The notes beneath the pieces were generated by a model that had not been told where the DNA came from, made no database searches, and saw only the letters and a list, made by a program, of their open reading frames with translations. From NCBI GenBank assembly GCA_963716725.1, contig CAVQUB010000034.1, positions 32,001 to 96,000 on the forward strand: a stretch of DNA of 64,000 nt, read 5' to 3'. The stretch comes from an uncultured delta proteobacterium. Lineage in GTDB: Bacteria > Myxococcota_A > Polyangia > Polyangiales > Polyangiaceae. The translations under genes were made by a program, and so were the position numbers. The first letter of the stretch is position 1, and the number at the start of each line of letters is the position of its first letter. This document shows, piece after piece, positions 30,434-41,582 of this stretch.

Positions 30434-31354
30434 TTGAGGGCCGCGACCGACGAAGTCAAGACGCCGCGCCCGCAGGTGTCGGGTCGGGGGATTTCCCGAC
30501 ACGTCGAGGGCTGGCAACCGGCCCTGATCGCCATCGTGATGGCGGCGATCGTCGCGCTCTTGGTGGTGCCGCGATCTGCCGCGCCGGACACCTTGCCGCT
30601 GCCCCACCTGGATGCTCGTGAGTCGGAGCGCGCACGCAACCACAGCCGCGATCTCGCGCGCCGAGCTGCGACGGAGCCACTGCCGTACTTGGTCCGCGGA
30701 GTGGGCGAGACCTTTCGAGCCTTTGGACGGGCGGAAGCCGAAGGACGATCGGGCGACGTTGCCCGCAAGCTCCTCGAGCTCCGCGGACTTGCCCGCACGG
30801 CACGCGAGAAGCACGGCGACGACGCCGTGCTCGGGCTCTTGGCCCTTCAGACCGAGCTCTTCCTCGCAGCCGTGCGCGGCTGGGAAGAGGGCAGCGGAGC
30901 CGAGGCGGAGCTGCCGGAGCTCGGAGGCAGCCTCCTGGAGAAGGCCCAGGCGTCGGGGTGGATGCGGGGCGAACGACGCCTGCACGCCGACGACTTCGAG
31001 CGCCGCGCGCTGTTCAAGGTGCGCTGGGTCGAGGCCGCCGGGCTCAGGACCACGGCAGGGTTTTCGCCCAGCGCCAACGAGCTGCGCACCTACTACCGCT
31101 TCATGTTGGCGCGCTCGGGGCGCGCGACGCAAGGCGCCCTCCTCCAGGTCGCTGCGGTCGAGAAGCTCGATCTGGAGTACCCCGGCCAGTTTGCTCGCGG
31201 GGTGCTCTACTACCGGGGCGGACACTTCGCCGAGTCCCTTCAGGCTTTTCGCGCACATCTCTCCAGCAACCCGGACGGGCCCTGGGCGCAGCGCGCAAAG
31301 AACCACCTACTTGCGGCCGCCGAGCGGACACGCGAGACCACGCCCGAACCGTGA
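30434..31354 (+). CDS. Hypothetical membrane-anchored protein with TPR-like C-terminus
   Basis: One TM helix, ARGVLYYRGG...FRAHL helical motif; coupled to mfd. Confidence 0.6.
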   Translation: MRAATDEVKTPRPQVSGRGISRHVEGWQPALIAIVMAAIVALLVVPRSAAPDTLPLPHLDARESERARNHSRDLARRAATEPLPYLVRGVGETFRAFGRAEAEGRSGDVARKLLELRGLARTAREKHGDDAVLGLLALQTELFLAAVRGWEEGSGAEAELPELGGSLLEKAQASGWMRGERRLHADDFERRALFKVRWVEAAGLRTTAGFSPSANELRTYYRFMLARSGRATQGALLQVAAVEKLDLEYPGQFARGVLYYRGGHFAESLQAFRAHLSSNPDGPWAQRAKNHLLAAAERTRETTPEP

Positions 31355-34300
31355 ACGCGAACGAGAGCGCCAAAGACTTCGACGATCTAGCTGACGTCCT
31401 GGCGTTGCCGGAGGGACGACGCGTGATCACGCCTCGCGAAGTCGCGTCCTTGCTCGCCGCGGCGACCCGGGTGCATGCCGTCGGCGCCGAGGGTTGCGCG
31501 CCGGCGCTGGTGGCCCGCGCTTTCGCGGAGGCAGGGGCCCACGTGCTCTACGTGGCACCCGAAGTGGATGGCGCGCGACGCGCAGCGGCCGACCTGTCGT
31601 TCGTCGCCAAAGGCAGCGACGCTATCCTCTCGGTGTTGCCGGCGGAGTCCACACCGTGGGCCGACGTCAGGCCCGATCGTCGTGGACAGATGAGCCGCAC
31701 AGGCGCGCTCTTTCACATCGCTCGAGGCCTGCCCTGGCGCTTCGCTGTGACCACCGCAGCCGGGCTCGTACGACGCTTCGTTCCACCCGCTCCGCTCCGC
31801 AACGCGGCAGTCGAGCTGATTGCCGAAGATGAGATCGACGTCAGAGCCGTGGCTGAAAAGCTCTCGCACGCCGGCTATCTGAGGGTTCCCGTGGTCGAAG
31901 ACCCCGGCAGCTTCGCCGTACGCGGCGGCGTCTTCGACGTCTGGCCGCCCACGTCCGAAGAGCCCGTTCGCGCTGAGCTCTACGGTGACTTGATTCTGTC
32001 ACTCAAGTTCTTCGATCCCGAGTCTCAGCGCACGGGCGAGTCACTCGCTCGGGTTTGGTTGCCACCGACGCGCGAGGCCATCACCACGCCGGCCGACGCC
32101 GAACGCGCCCGTGCCGTCCTGCGTTCGCTCTGCGACGCCGTGGACTTTCCTTCGAGCAAGGCGCGCGCTCTCGAGGAAGACGTCGCGACGGCGCGCAGCC
32201 TGTTTGGTCTGGACGGGTTCTTGCCCGCCTTTCACCAGCTCGTTCCATTGTGGGACTACTTGCCAGAAGACACCGTCGTCCTGGTCGAAGATCCAGCCCG
32301 CGTCGTCGCGCAGATCCGTCAGGAGCTCGGGCAAGCCGAGACCGCCCACGCGGAGCGACACGCGGAGCCGCGCTTCGGGCTCGAAGAGCTCTACGTTCGC
32401 GAAGCGACCATCGCGGAGGCGCTGGCCCAGCTGCCAGTGGCGGCGCTTCACCGCACGGCGGTCGTGGGTACCAGCGAAAATCCCGCCCGTCTCGACGACC
32501 TCGAGCTCGCTCCTCTCGACGCCCCGAGCCTCGCCATTCGCGACCACGCAGACCTCGGTCGCGCGGTGACCCGCGCGCGTTCCGAGCGCGGCAAGGGCGC
32601 CGCGCTGGAGCCGCTCTTGCGTCGCATCAACGCCTGGCACGAAGCGGGGCTCGATGTGACCATCACCGCGCGTGCGTCCACCCAGGCGGAACGCATCACG
32701 ACCTTGCTCGGTCATCGCGGCGTGCGCGTCGCCGACGCCGAGTCGCGGGCGCCGAGGGGCACGGTGAAGGTGGTCACGGGAGCCCTCGCTCGCGGCGCCA
32801 TCGTGCCCAGCGAAGCGTTCGTGTGGGTTACCGAAGAAGAGATCTTTGGTCAGCGGGCCCACCGGCGCCAAGAACGAAGCAAGTCGGCCCGGGCCTTCCT
32901 GGAGGATCTGCGGGCGCTCGAGGTCGGCGACTATGTCGTGCACGTCGATCACGGCATTGGGCGCTACCTCGGGCTCGAGAGGAAGAGCCTCAACGGCGTC
33001 AGCGTGGAGCTGGTCGTGGTCGAGTACCAAGGCGCGGACAAGCTCTTCCTTCCCGTCCACCGGCTCAGTCAGATCCAGAAATATTCGGGCGGCGAAGGCG
33101 CGCCGAAGGTAGACCGCTTGGGCGGCTCCAGCTTTGCCAAGACCAAGGCGCGCGTGAAAAAGCGCGTGCGGCAGATGGCAGACGAGCTGTTGCGCCTCTA
33201 CGCGGAGCGCACGGCGCTGCAGAAGCCCGCGCTCGATCCAAAGGACGATGAGTACGCGGCCTTCGAAGCCACCTTCCCCTACGAAGAGACCCGCGATCAA
33301 GCGGCGGCCATCGACGAGGTGAACCACGACCTCGAGAAGCCCGCGGTGATGGATCGCTTGGTGTGTGGTGACGTTGGCTTCGGCAAGACCGAGGTCGCTC
33401 TCCGAGCCGCGTTCCGCGTGGCCATGAGCGGTCGTCAGGTGGCCCTGCTGTGCCCGACCACCGTGCTCGCGCAGCAGCACTACCTGACCTTTGCGGGGCG
33501 CCTCGCCGGCTACCCGATCCGGGTGCGACCGCTGAGCCGCTTCGAATCCAAGGCCGAGTCCGTCGAGACCCTCAAGGGGCTCAAGGACGGCAGCGTGGAC
33601 GTCTTGGTCGGGACCCACCGAGTGCTGAGCAAGGACGTTCATTTCAAGAACCTGGGCCTGCTGATCGTCGATGAAGAGCAGCGCTTCGGCGTGACGCACA
33701 AGGAGCGCATCAAGCAGCTTCGCGCCTCGGTGGACGTGCTCACGCTGTCGGCCACACCGATCCCTCGAACCTTGCAGATGGCGGTGGGCGGCATGCGCGA
33801 CATGTCCCTGATCACCACCCCGCCGCTGGATCGCCGGGCCATTCGCACCATCACCTCTCGCTACGACGAGCAGGTGATCCGGGAGGCCATCGAACGCGAG
33901 CTCTCGCGCGGCGGCCAGGTGTTCTACGTCTACAACCGCATCGACGGCATCTACGAGCGCGCCGCTCGCGTCGGCGAGCTGGTGCCCGGCGCCAAGGTCG
34001 CGGTGGGTCACGGGCAGATGAGCGAGGCGTCGCTGGAACAGACCATGCTCGACTTCGTCGAAGGTCGCTTCGACGTCCTGGTGTCCACCGCCATCATCGA
34101 GAGCGGTCTCGACATCCCGCGCGCCAACACCATCATCGTCGATCGCGCGGACATGTTCGGGCTCTCGCAGCTCTACCAGCTTCGCGGGCGGGTCGGGCGC
34201 AGCACCGAGCGCGCCTACTCCTACCTGCTGGTGCCGCCGCCCAGCCAGCTCAGCGACGACGCCCGGAGCCGCATCGAGGCCCTCGAGCGCCACACCGAGC

Positions 34301-34932
34301 TTGGATCAGGCTTTCAGATCGCGACCCTCGACATGGAGCTGCGCGGCGCGGGCGACCTGCTCGGCGCCGAGCAGAGCGGCTTCGTCTCGAGCGTGGGCTT
34401 CGACCTCTTCTGCCAGATGCTGCAAGAAGCCTCCCACGAACTGCGCGGCGAGGTCGTGGTGCACGGCGTGGATCCCGAACTCTCCTTCGACGTGGACGCG
34501 CTGCTGCCCGAAGACTACGTCGCGGAAGTCGGCGTGCGACTCAGCTTGTACAAGCGACTCTCGAGCGCCTCCGATGAGCACGAGGTGCAAGAGATCGCCA
34601 CCGAGATGGAAGACCGCTTCGGTCCGCCGCCCGAGGAGGCCAAGAAGCTGGTCGAGCTGATGCGCATCAAGACCGAGCTGCGTCGCTTGATGGTGCTCGG
34701 CTGCGAGGCCTCGGCGAAGAGCGTCTCGCTGCACCTGCGCGACGACACGCCGCTCGATCCGATCAAGATCGGAGAGCTCGTCGCCAAGAAGAAGAGCCCC
34801 TATCGCATCTCACCCGAAGGCCGCCTGACCCGTCGAGCCCTTGAAGGCGAGTCCTTCGTGAACGGCATCAAGCTCTGCGATCAAACCCTCGAGGAGCTCG
34901 GGCTCTGCGTGCGAGTCGACGCTCAGAACTGA
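31351..34932 (+). CDS. mfd: Transcription-repair coupling factor
   Basis: [77 protein letters not shown]. Confidence 0.97.
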   Translation: MNANESAKDFDDLADVLALPEGRRVITPREVASLLAAATRVHAVGAEGCAPALVARAFAEAGAHVLYVAPEVDGARRAAADLSFVAKGSDAILSVLPAESTPWADVRPDRRGQMSRTGALFHIARGLPWRFAVTTAAGLVRRFVPPAPLRNAAVELIAEDEIDVRAVAEKLSHAGYLRVPVVEDPGSFAVRGGVFDVWPPTSEEPVRAELYGDLILSLKFFDPESQRTGESLARVWLPPTREAITTPADAERARAVLRSLCDAVDFPSSKARALEEDVATARSLFGLDGFLPAFHQLVPLWDYLPEDTVVLVEDPARVVAQIRQELGQAETAHAERHAEPRFGLEELYVREATIAEALAQLPVAALHRTAVVGTSENPARLDDLELAPLDAPSLAIRDHADLGRAVTRARSERGKGAALEPLLRRINAWHEAGLDVTITARASTQAERITTLLGHRGVRVADAESRAPRGTVKVVTGALARGAIVPSEAFVWVTEEEIFGQRAHRRQERSKSARAFLEDLRALEVGDYVVHVDHGIGRYLGLERKSLNGVSVELVVVEYQGADKLFLPVHRLSQIQKYSGGEGAPKVDRLGGSSFAKTKARVKKRVRQMADELLRLYAERTALQKPALDPKDDEYAAFEATFPYEETRDQAAAIDEVNHDLEKPAVMDRLVCGDVGFGKTEVALRAAFRVAMSGRQVALLCPTTVLAQQHYLTFAGRLAGYPIRVRPLSRFESKAESVETLKGLKDGSVDVLVGTHRVLSKDVHFKNLGLLIVDEEQRFGVTHKERIKQLRASVDVLTLSATPIPRTLQMAVGGMRDMSLITTPPLDRRAIRTITSRYDEQVIREAIERELSRGGQVFYVYNRIDGIYERAARVGELVPGAKVAVGHGQMSEASLEQTMLDFVEGRFDVLVSTAIIESGLDIPRANTIIVDRADMFGLSQLYQLRGRVGRSTERAYSYLLVPPPSQLSDDARSRIEALERHTELGSGFQIATLDMELRGAGDLLGAEQSGFVSSVGFDLFCQMLQEASHELRGEVVVHGVDPELSFDVDALLPEDYVAEVGVRLSLYKRLSSASDEHEVQEIATEMEDRFGPPPEEAKKLVELMRIKTELRRLMVLGCEASAKSVSLHLRDDTPLDPIKIGELVAKKKSPYRISPEGRLTRRALEGESFVNGIKLCDQTLEELGLCVRVDAQN

Positions 34933-35858
34933 CCGCTCGCCGATAGCCCGGTGGGACCGATCCAGAGCCCCGTTCGCGGCTCTCGCTTACTCCCGCCGAA
35001 GTCGACCACGAATAGGCCGAGGGCCGCGGTCCCGATCGCAGCGACCGCGGTGACGCCAAGCAGCAGATTGGTCCGCGCCTCCTTGTCGTGCCCCGCAGCG
35101 ACGCGGGCGTCGACTTGGCTCTGGCTCAGCTCGGGCAGGTCGCGCTCATAGTCGTCGAAGGCGCTTTTGGTATCGAGCGCGCTCCACACCGTCACGCCGC
35201 CGAGCACTGCGGTGAGCCCCGCTCCCGCGTAGAACCAGATCGGGCTCGGTCCCGCCGATGGGGGTGGCTGCGGGGGTGGCTTCGCCGTCGCGGTGGGCAC
35301 GACGAGCTCGCGCGTGCGGTCGACGGCGACGCGCAGGCGCTCACCGGCGCGCACCTGAAAGTCTCTGTCGAGCACGGTCTTGCCGTCGAGCACCACGCGC
35401 ACATGACGGTTGCCCGGATCGACCGAGGCCACCGCCGGCCTGCCGTCGATTGGGCGATCGTCGACGAAGGTCTGAGCCCCGTCCGCCGAGTCGATCTCCA
35501 GAGTCGCCACGTTGCGCGCCGCCACGGCCCGCTCGCTCTCGACCTGGGGAAGCAAGCTCTTCGGTGTCTCCGCGTCGGCGAGCACCTGATCGAAATGCGC
35601 CAGGGCCGAGACGTAACTCCCGAGCTTGGACTCGGCGAGCGCCCAGTTGAAGAGCACCACCGGGTGGGGCCGCAGCTTCTGAGCCGACTCGAAATGGCCT
35701 GCCGCCGTGGCAAAGTCCTTTGCTTGGTACGCCGCTATGCCCGCCTCGAACTCGCGTCGCCCGCACTCGACGGCTCCCTCGGTGCAATCCTGGGCGCGCG
35801 CGGAGGGGGCGACCCCGATCAGCGTGACACCGAGGGCCAGCTGCCACAGAAGCCGCAT
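34923..35858 (-). CDS. Secreted TPR/PEGA-like protein
   Basis: Signal peptide, TPR-like helices, PEGA-like beta region, hydrophobic C-terminus ending SGQF. Confidence 0.7.
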   Translation of the reverse strand: MRLLWQLALGVTLIGVAPSARAQDCTEGAVECGRREFEAGIAAYQAKDFATAAGHFESAQKLRPHPVVLFNWALAESKLGSYVSALAHFDQVLADAETPKSLLPQVESERAVAARNVATLEIDSADGAQTFVDDRPIDGRPAVASVDPGNRHVRVVLDGKTVLDRDFQVRAGERLRVAVDRTRELVVPTATAKPPPQPPPSAGPSPIWFYAGAGLTAVLGGVTVWSALDTKSAFDDYERDLPELSQSQVDARVAAGHDKEARTNLLLGVTAVAAIGTAALGLFVVDFGGSKREPRTGLWIGPTGLSASGQF

Positions 35859-35882
35859 TGCCCCTGAGCCTATCACGCCGCG

Positions 35883-37430
35883 TTACTTCTTCCCGAAGGG
35901 GTACTCGGTCACCAGCGGGTCGCCGGCTTTGACCGGCGGCGGCCGACCCCGCGGCCTCGCGGTGGCGCTCGGTGGGGGCGCCGCGGTGGGCTCCGGGATC
36001 TTCGTGAGCGGGATCACCACTGTGCGATCTCGATCGGGAACAACCGAGATCTTGCTCGGCTCGAAGCCCGGGGCGGAGACCTCGACGGACACTGCGGCTT
36101 CGCTACGAGCGACGCTCACGCGCCGGGGCTTGCCCCGGGCCGCGACGCCGTCGATGAGTACGGTCGCTTCCACGTCGGGGTGCGTCGTCACCTCGATGTT
36201 CACCTCCAGAGCGACGGGCGCCGCACTCGGCGCAGGAACGACCACGGGCACTCGATCGCGGTTGAGCGCCATGGCCATGACTCCGAGGGTCAGCACGACG
36301 GCGGTCCCACCCGCGGCGTAGGGCCAGCGGCGCGGCGCCTTCGTGGAAGCTCGCCGCACCGACACGACGCCGCTCGTGCGATCGACGTGGACGGATTCGG
36401 TGAGCGCCTCGAAGCTCTCGGCGCGCAGGCTGTCGATCGATCGCTCTTGGGCCTGCCGGTCGGCTTCGAACAGCGTCGCCATGAGTTCCACCAGCCCGGT
36501 ACGTGGATCTTCCACCCCGCTGGCGCGCACGAAGTCGTCCAGATCTTGCGCGAGCTCTTGGGCGGTCGAGTAGCGTTTGCTCGGCTCGCCTTCGAGCGCG
36601 TGCGACAGGATCTTGGAGAGCTCGGGCGGAAACCCGGGCACACGCGCGGCCGGATCGGGGACCTCTTCGAACAAGAGCTTGTGCAAGGTCTCGGTCTCGT
36701 CGCCGCCGGCGAAGAGCCGAGCGCCCACCGCGACCTCGTAAAGCGTAGCCCCGAGCGCGAACAGATCCGCGCGATGGTCGAACTCTCTTCCGAGCACCTG
36801 CTCCGGCGCCATGTAGCTGAACTTGCCCTTGACCCGCCCCAGCGTGGTTTGGACGATGCGCCCCGCCGCGCGTGCGATGCCGAAGTCGATCAGCTTGACC
36901 TCACCCTGGTAGGTCACGAAGACGTTCTGCGGGCTGACGTCACGGTGCACCAGCGCCAGCGGCTCGCCCTGGTCGTCGGTCAGCTCGTGGGCGTAGGCGA
37001 GACCTTCGGCCACCCGGGCGCCGAGCCAGGCGACCAACACCGAATCGAGATGCGCCCCCCTCCGCGCCAGCGTGCTCGCGAGCTTGGAGAGCGGTTGACC
37101 GTGCAGATACTCCATCGCGAGAAAGAGCGTGTCGTTCTCACGACCGAGCTCCTGCACCCGCACGATGTTCGGATGCGCGACGCGCACCAACAGGTTGGCT
37201 TCGTCCCGAAACTGGCTGATGAACTCTTCCTCTTCGGACAGGTGCTCGTGAACCACCTTGATCGCGACAAATTCCTCGGAGCTCATCGGCCCGGTCGTAC
37301 GGGCCAGGTAGACGGCTGCGCTTCCGCCAACGCCGATGCGGGGTCCCACCTGGTACCTCCCGAGCTTGGCGCCCACCACACGGCGGCGGGACTCAAAGCT
37401 CGGTGCGGTCTCGACAGCGCCCACGCTCAC
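35883..37430 (-). CDS. Membrane Ser/Thr protein kinase
   Basis: IGVGGSAAVY, VAIK, HRDVSPQN, DFGIA, GKFSYMAPEQ, TM helix, extracellular PEGA-like tail; GTG 37430 overlaps the FHA gene stop. Confidence 0.92.
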   Translation of the reverse strand: MSVGAVETAPSFESRRRVVGAKLGRYQVGPRIGVGGSAAVYLARTTGPMSSEEFVAIKVVHEHLSEEEEFISQFRDEANLLVRVAHPNIVRVQELGRENDTLFLAMEYLHGQPLSKLASTLARRGAHLDSVLVAWLGARVAEGLAYAHELTDDQGEPLALVHRDVSPQNVFVTYQGEVKLIDFGIARAAGRIVQTTLGRVKGKFSYMAPEQVLGREFDHRADLFALGATLYEVAVGARLFAGGDETETLHKLLFEEVPDPAARVPGFPPELSKILSHALEGEPSKRYSTAQELAQDLDDFVRASGVEDPRTGLVELMATLFEADRQAQERSIDSLRAESFEALTESVHVDRTSGVVSVRRASTKAPRRWPYAAGGTAVVLTLGVMAMALNRDRVPVVVPAPSAAPVALEVNIEVTTHPDVEATVLIDGVAARGKPRRVSVARSEAAVSVEVSAPGFEPSKISVVPDRDRTVVIPLTKIPEPTAAPPPSATARPRGRPPPVKAGDPLVTEYPFGKK

Positions 37431-38317
37431 CTGGTCTGGATTCTCAAGATCCGCTCCACGGTCGCCCATTCGTCGCGAGCCAGGGAGTCTGCGGCGTCTC
37501 GGAGCGCTGCTTTCAGGCGCAACAGCATCTGCTTGTCGATGCCGGGTAGCCTCGATATGAGCAACTCGAGAGTCGCGACGGCCTTCTCCGGCAGTGGCCT
37601 CCGCGACAGCATGTGGATCTCCAGCGCAAGGTTGGCCCAGACCGGATCGCGGCTGACCTCGCTCAGCTTCAGCCCGTAGATGCCGACTGTCTCGAGGACA
37701 TCACGAGGAACCACCCGGCCCTCCCGGGCTCTGGCGAGCAGGCCCTGGAGGTGGTCGCCGAGGAGCCGTACGGCGGCGTCCTGCCGCCCCATCGTGATCA
37801 TGCGGTCGGCCATCCGCGCCATGGTCAACAGACCGTCGGCCTTCTCGGTGCGCTGGGTCGTCTCCGCGCCTTCGAGACCGGGGTGCCCGCTCCGTTGGGC
37901 GGGCGCGAGTGCGGGCATCTCGGGCTGGGTGGGCGGAGCGGGCGAGACCGCGCGGATTTGCACCGACGCCTGGGCCGCTGGCGTCGCCTGCGCGCTGCGG
38001 GGCGAGGCGGGAGCGACCGTATCCGTACCGTCATCGACGGCGCGCACCACCATCTCCTGAGTGCCGACGATGATTCGATCACCGTCCCCGAGCGGCGTCG
38101 GGCCGGCGATGTGCGCCTCGTTGACCATCACCCCGTTGGTGCTGCCGAGATCCTCCACGAAGAGCGCGGCCTGCGAGACGAGCAGCCGCGCGTGATGCCG
38201 CGAGACGAGCATGTCGTCGACGATCACCTGGCAGCTCCGGCTCCGGCCCATCAGCAGCTCGCCCCGGGACAAGGCGACCTCGGTTCCCCCAATCAGCAGC
38301 GCGAAGCGGCGTTTCAC
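37427..38317 (-). CDS. FHA domain protein
   Basis: MGRS...VSRHHA...DLGSTNG. Confidence 0.88.
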   Translation of the reverse strand: MKRRFALLIGGTEVALSRGELLMGRSRSCQVIVDDMLVSRHHARLLVSQAALFVEDLGSTNGVMVNEAHIAGPTPLGDGDRIIVGTQEMVVRAVDDGTDTVAPASPRSAQATPAAQASVQIRAVSPAPPTQPEMPALAPAQRSGHPGLEGAETTQRTEKADGLLTMARMADRMITMGRQDAAVRLLGDHLQGLLARAREGRVVPRDVLETVGIYGLKLSEVSRDPVWANLALEIHMLSRRPLPEKAVATLELLISRLPGIDKQMLLRLKAALRDAADSLARDEWATVERILRIQTR

Positions 38318-38439
38318 GGTCGAGACGCCCCCGTTGAGCTCCGCGCGCGGCCATGTGACCGGCGTATTGCGCACGAGGCAGACTATAGGGGCAATCGTCG
38401 CGAGGGTCGACCGCGGAGGGCTGTGGCATACTCGTGGTA

Positions 38440-39264
38440 GTGCGTGGCGGATATTTGTTCAGCGTTGGGCTCGCGAGCGTGGCGTGTAGCTTGTTTCCCG
38501 AGACGGCACCGATGGTCGAAGGGAGCGGGGGCGCCGGCGGCGTCGCCGGTGCGGCGGGCAGCGGGGGCACCGTTACGACGGGGGGCAGCGGTGGCACCGG
38601 CGCCACTGGCGGGATGGGCGCCACTGGCGGGATGGGCGCGACCGGCGGAACTGGCGGTGCTTCGGGGTCGGGCGGCAGTGCGGGTTGCGGCAGCCTGCAG
38701 TCGCTTACACTCGAAGCTGCGCGCGACACCTACATCGTCAACACACCGCCAAACTCGACTCACGGCAGCGAGAAGCTCCTGGAGATACTGACCTTCAATA
38801 CCTTCGCAGGACACCGGGCACTCGTCGGGTTCGAGACCACTCCAAGCGCCCTGCCCAGCGGAGGCAAACTACAGAAGGCCACGCTGAAGCTCCGGGTCGT
38901 GTTGAACGACGGGGCAACGCAGGACATCGGGACCCATCGACTGCAGAAGGCCTGGACGGAAGGCGGCGCGAGCTGGACGAAGTACGCTGGCAGCACGAGC
39001 TGGACCAACGGCGGGGGCGATTTCCTGGCCGCTTCGGCTCAGGCATCGGTCGGATCTTCCATCAAATCCGGAGACACGCTGAGCTGGGACGTGACGACTG
39101 ATGTCGCCAGCATGCTCGCCGGATCGATCGCCAGCGACGGCTGGCTCCTGAAACCTCTGGTCGACGACCCGCTCAACGGTGAGAAGCTCCACTTCGCGAG
39201 CCGCGAGGCCGCGGACCCTTCTGCGCGGCCCAAGCTCGAGCTCAGTTACGTGGTGTGTCCGTGA
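38440..39264 (+). CDS. Lipoprotein with Gly-rich linker and DNRLRE/CBM96-like domain
   Basis: LASVAC lipobox; DTYI, WTEGGASW, SWDVT, FASRE, RPKL motifs; TGnCATACT ends 7 nt before GTG 38440. Confidence 0.75.
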   Translation: MRGGYLFSVGLASVACSLFPETAPMVEGSGGAGGVAGAAGSGGTVTTGGSGGTGATGGMGATGGMGATGGTGGASGSGGSAGCGSLQSLTLEAARDTYIVNTPPNSTHGSEKLLEILTFNTFAGHRALVGFETTPSALPSGGKLQKATLKLRVVLNDGATQDIGTHRLQKAWTEGGASWTKYAGSTSWTNGGGDFLAASAQASVGSSIKSGDTLSWDVTTDVASMLAGSIASDGWLLKPLVDDPLNGEKLHFASREAADPSARPKLELSYVVCP

Positions 39265-40094
39265 GCGCAGTCAGGACCCTCCGTCTCAAGCTCCCGACGG
39301 GTTGGCTTCGCCTGGCGCCGGGCGCCTACGAAATCGGCCGCAGCGCCCACTGCCAGGTCATCCTCGACGGCGCCAAGGTCTCGCGTCTGCACGCCCGCAT
39401 CGTCGTCGACGACAGCGGAGCCAACATCGAGGATCTGGGCAGCGCGAACGGAGTCTTCGTCAACGGCAAGCGCGTGGTCCGTGGCCAGATGACGGTCAAG
39501 CCCGGCGACCGATTGTTGGTCGGCGAAGTCGAGCTCGAGCTCGAGCTGTCGGTCGGCGAGACCACGGAGACTCAGCGTCCCGAAGCTCGACCCTCGGGGC
39601 GACCGACCCTGACCGAGTCGTTGCCCAGCCCGGCCTCTTACCCGAGCGCGATGCGGACCGTCGCCACCACGAAAGTCAATGCGCTGGAGCTCTTGGGCAA
39701 CGTCGCCGAACGTGCCGTCGGCACTGGTGACGCCAAGCGCGCCGAGATGATCCTCGAGGCTCGCCTCCGCGAGGTGCTCGAGGCCGCGAAGAGCGACCGA
39801 TGGGATCCGAGGTCGCGTGAGCTGTCAATTAGCCTGGCGCTGCTGCTGGCTCGCGCGTTGCCCTCGGCGGCGTGGCTCGATTTCGCCGTCGAATTGCTCG
39901 CCGTGACCCACACGCTGCCCTCGGAGGGTGAGCTCACGGCCTTCGAAGGGGCGGTGGGGCGGGTCACTGGCGCCAACGCCCGCAAGCTACAGGACTACAC
40001 CACGCTGGTGCGCGCGATGCCGAGCTCCCTGGAGAAGGTCCGCTCGCTCCACCGCCTCGAAGGCGTGCTCACCACCGTCTGCGGCCGGCAGTGA
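39261..40094 (+). CDS. FHA domain protein (paralog of 37427..38317)
   Basis: IGRS...VSRLHA...DLGSANG; similar helical C-terminal domain. Confidence 0.88.
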   Translation: MSAVRTLRLKLPTGWLRLAPGAYEIGRSAHCQVILDGAKVSRLHARIVVDDSGANIEDLGSANGVFVNGKRVVRGQMTVKPGDRLLVGEVELELELSVGETTETQRPEARPSGRPTLTESLPSPASYPSAMRTVATTKVNALELLGNVAERAVGTGDAKRAEMILEARLREVLEAAKSDRWDPRSRELSISLALLLARALPSAAWLDFAVELLAVTHTLPSEGELTAFEGAVGRVTGANARKLQDYTTLVRAMPSSLEKVRSLHRLEGVLTTVCGRQ

Positions 40095-40097
40095 GCG

Positions 40098-40724
40098 TCA
40101 GGCGTCGGGCGTCGGCTTGGCCGCCTCGAACAGCTCTTTCTGAGCAGACCCCGAGACCGCGGGATCGAAGCAGCGCCGGCAGCGGGCCTCGTAGGACTCG
40201 GTACCGCCCACGACCACGGTAGCGTCCCGTCGCACCAGGCGCTGGGAGCGATCCGCGGGGTTGCCGCAGCACATGCAGATAGCGAGGTTTTTGGTCACGT
40301 ACTCGGCGACGGCCATCAGATGAGGCATCGGCTCGAAAGGGCGGCCCAAGTAGTCCTGATCGAGGCCCGCGACGACGACGCGCCTGCCGTCGTTGGCCAG
40401 GCGCTCGGCCACGGCCACCAACGGTGGACCGAAGAACTGCGCCTCGTCGATGCCGACCACGTCAGCATCCGCGGCCAGCTCGAGGATCTCGTTGGCGTCG
40501 TCGATGGCGACCGCAGTGAGCTCTTGCTTCGAGTGGCTGACTACGCTGTCGGGCGCGTAGCGCGCGTCGATGCGCGGCTTGAAGATCATCACTCGCTGCT
40601 TGGCGTAGCGCGCGCGGTTGAGCCGGCGGATCAACTCTTCGGTCTTGCCGCTGAACATGCAGCCGGTGATCACCTCGATGAATCCGGTGTCGCGCGGAAC
40701 GTGATGCATCAGGGCCTCGGTCAA
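40098..40724 (-). CDS. tdk: Thymidine kinase
   Basis: GCMFSGKTEELIRR, IDEAQFF, AGLDQD, C-terminal Zn cysteines, YEARCRRC. Confidence 0.95.
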   Translation of the reverse strand: MTEALMHHVPRDTGFIEVITGCMFSGKTEELIRRLNRARYAKQRVMIFKPRIDARYAPDSVVSHSKQELTAVAIDDANEILELAADADVVGIDEAQFFGPPLVAVAERLANDGRRVVVAGLDQDYLGRPFEPMPHLMAVAEYVTKNLAICMCCGNPADRSQRLVRRDATVVVGGTESYEARCRRCFDPAVSGSAQKELFEAAKPTPDA

Positions 40725-40743
40725 ACCCTGCGAGCGAGCGACG

Positions 40744-41582
40744 TCAACCCTTCACGCCGCCCGCGGTCAGCCCGGCCACCAGGTTCTTCTGCACCACGTA
40801 GAAGAGCAGCATCACCGGGAGGCTCACCAAGATGGACCCTGCGGCGAAGGCGCCCCAGGCCGCGTCGTGCTCGCCGACGTAGCGCTGGCAGCACCACGGG
40901 CAGAGTGAGCACCTCTTCTTTGCCCAGGATCGTCGCCGCCAGGATGAACTCGTTGTACGCGCTCATGAAAGCGAACAGGCAGGTCACCGCGATGGCGGGG
41001 CGCGCTGCGGGCAGCACCACGCGGACGAAGGCACCAAGTACGCGTCGCCCCGTCCACCATGGCGGCCTCTTCCAGGTCCTTGGGAATGGTGTCGAAGGCG
41101 CCGCGCAGCTGGAAGATCGCGAAGGGCACGCTGGTGGTCGCGTAGCAGACGACCAAGCCGGTCCGGGTGTCGAGCAGGCCCAGGGTCTCGAGCACGATGT
41201 ACAGGGGCACCGCGCTGGCCACCATCGGGAACATCTGCGTGGCGAGCAAGAGGCGCACGCCGGCCTCTTTGCCGACGAAGGTGAAGCGCGACAGCGCGTA
41301 GGCCGTGGGCAACGCGATGGCGATGCCGACGACGGCCGTCGCGATGCTCACCACCAGAGACGACGCAGCTTGGGAGAGCACGTGGGGGCCGCTGAGGAAC
41401 TGCGACAAGTGATCCAGCGTGAGTCCACTCGGGATGGGCAGTACCCGGCGCTCGGGGGCGCTGCCTCGGGAGAGCGCCGTCGAGACGACCCACAAGACCG
41501 GGTAGAGCGCGAAGAGCACGGCCGCGACGATGGCGACGTGCGACAGCACACTCTCGACGACACTGACGCGCCTCTCTCTCAT
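40744..41582 (-). CDS. Sugar ABC transporter permease (MalG-like), with two single-base insertions near 41040 and 40888
   Basis: AYALSRFTF, TQMFP, IPKDLEEAAMVDGA (EAA loop); correcting the indels restores ...LVAGLTAGGVKG*. Confidence 0.85.
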
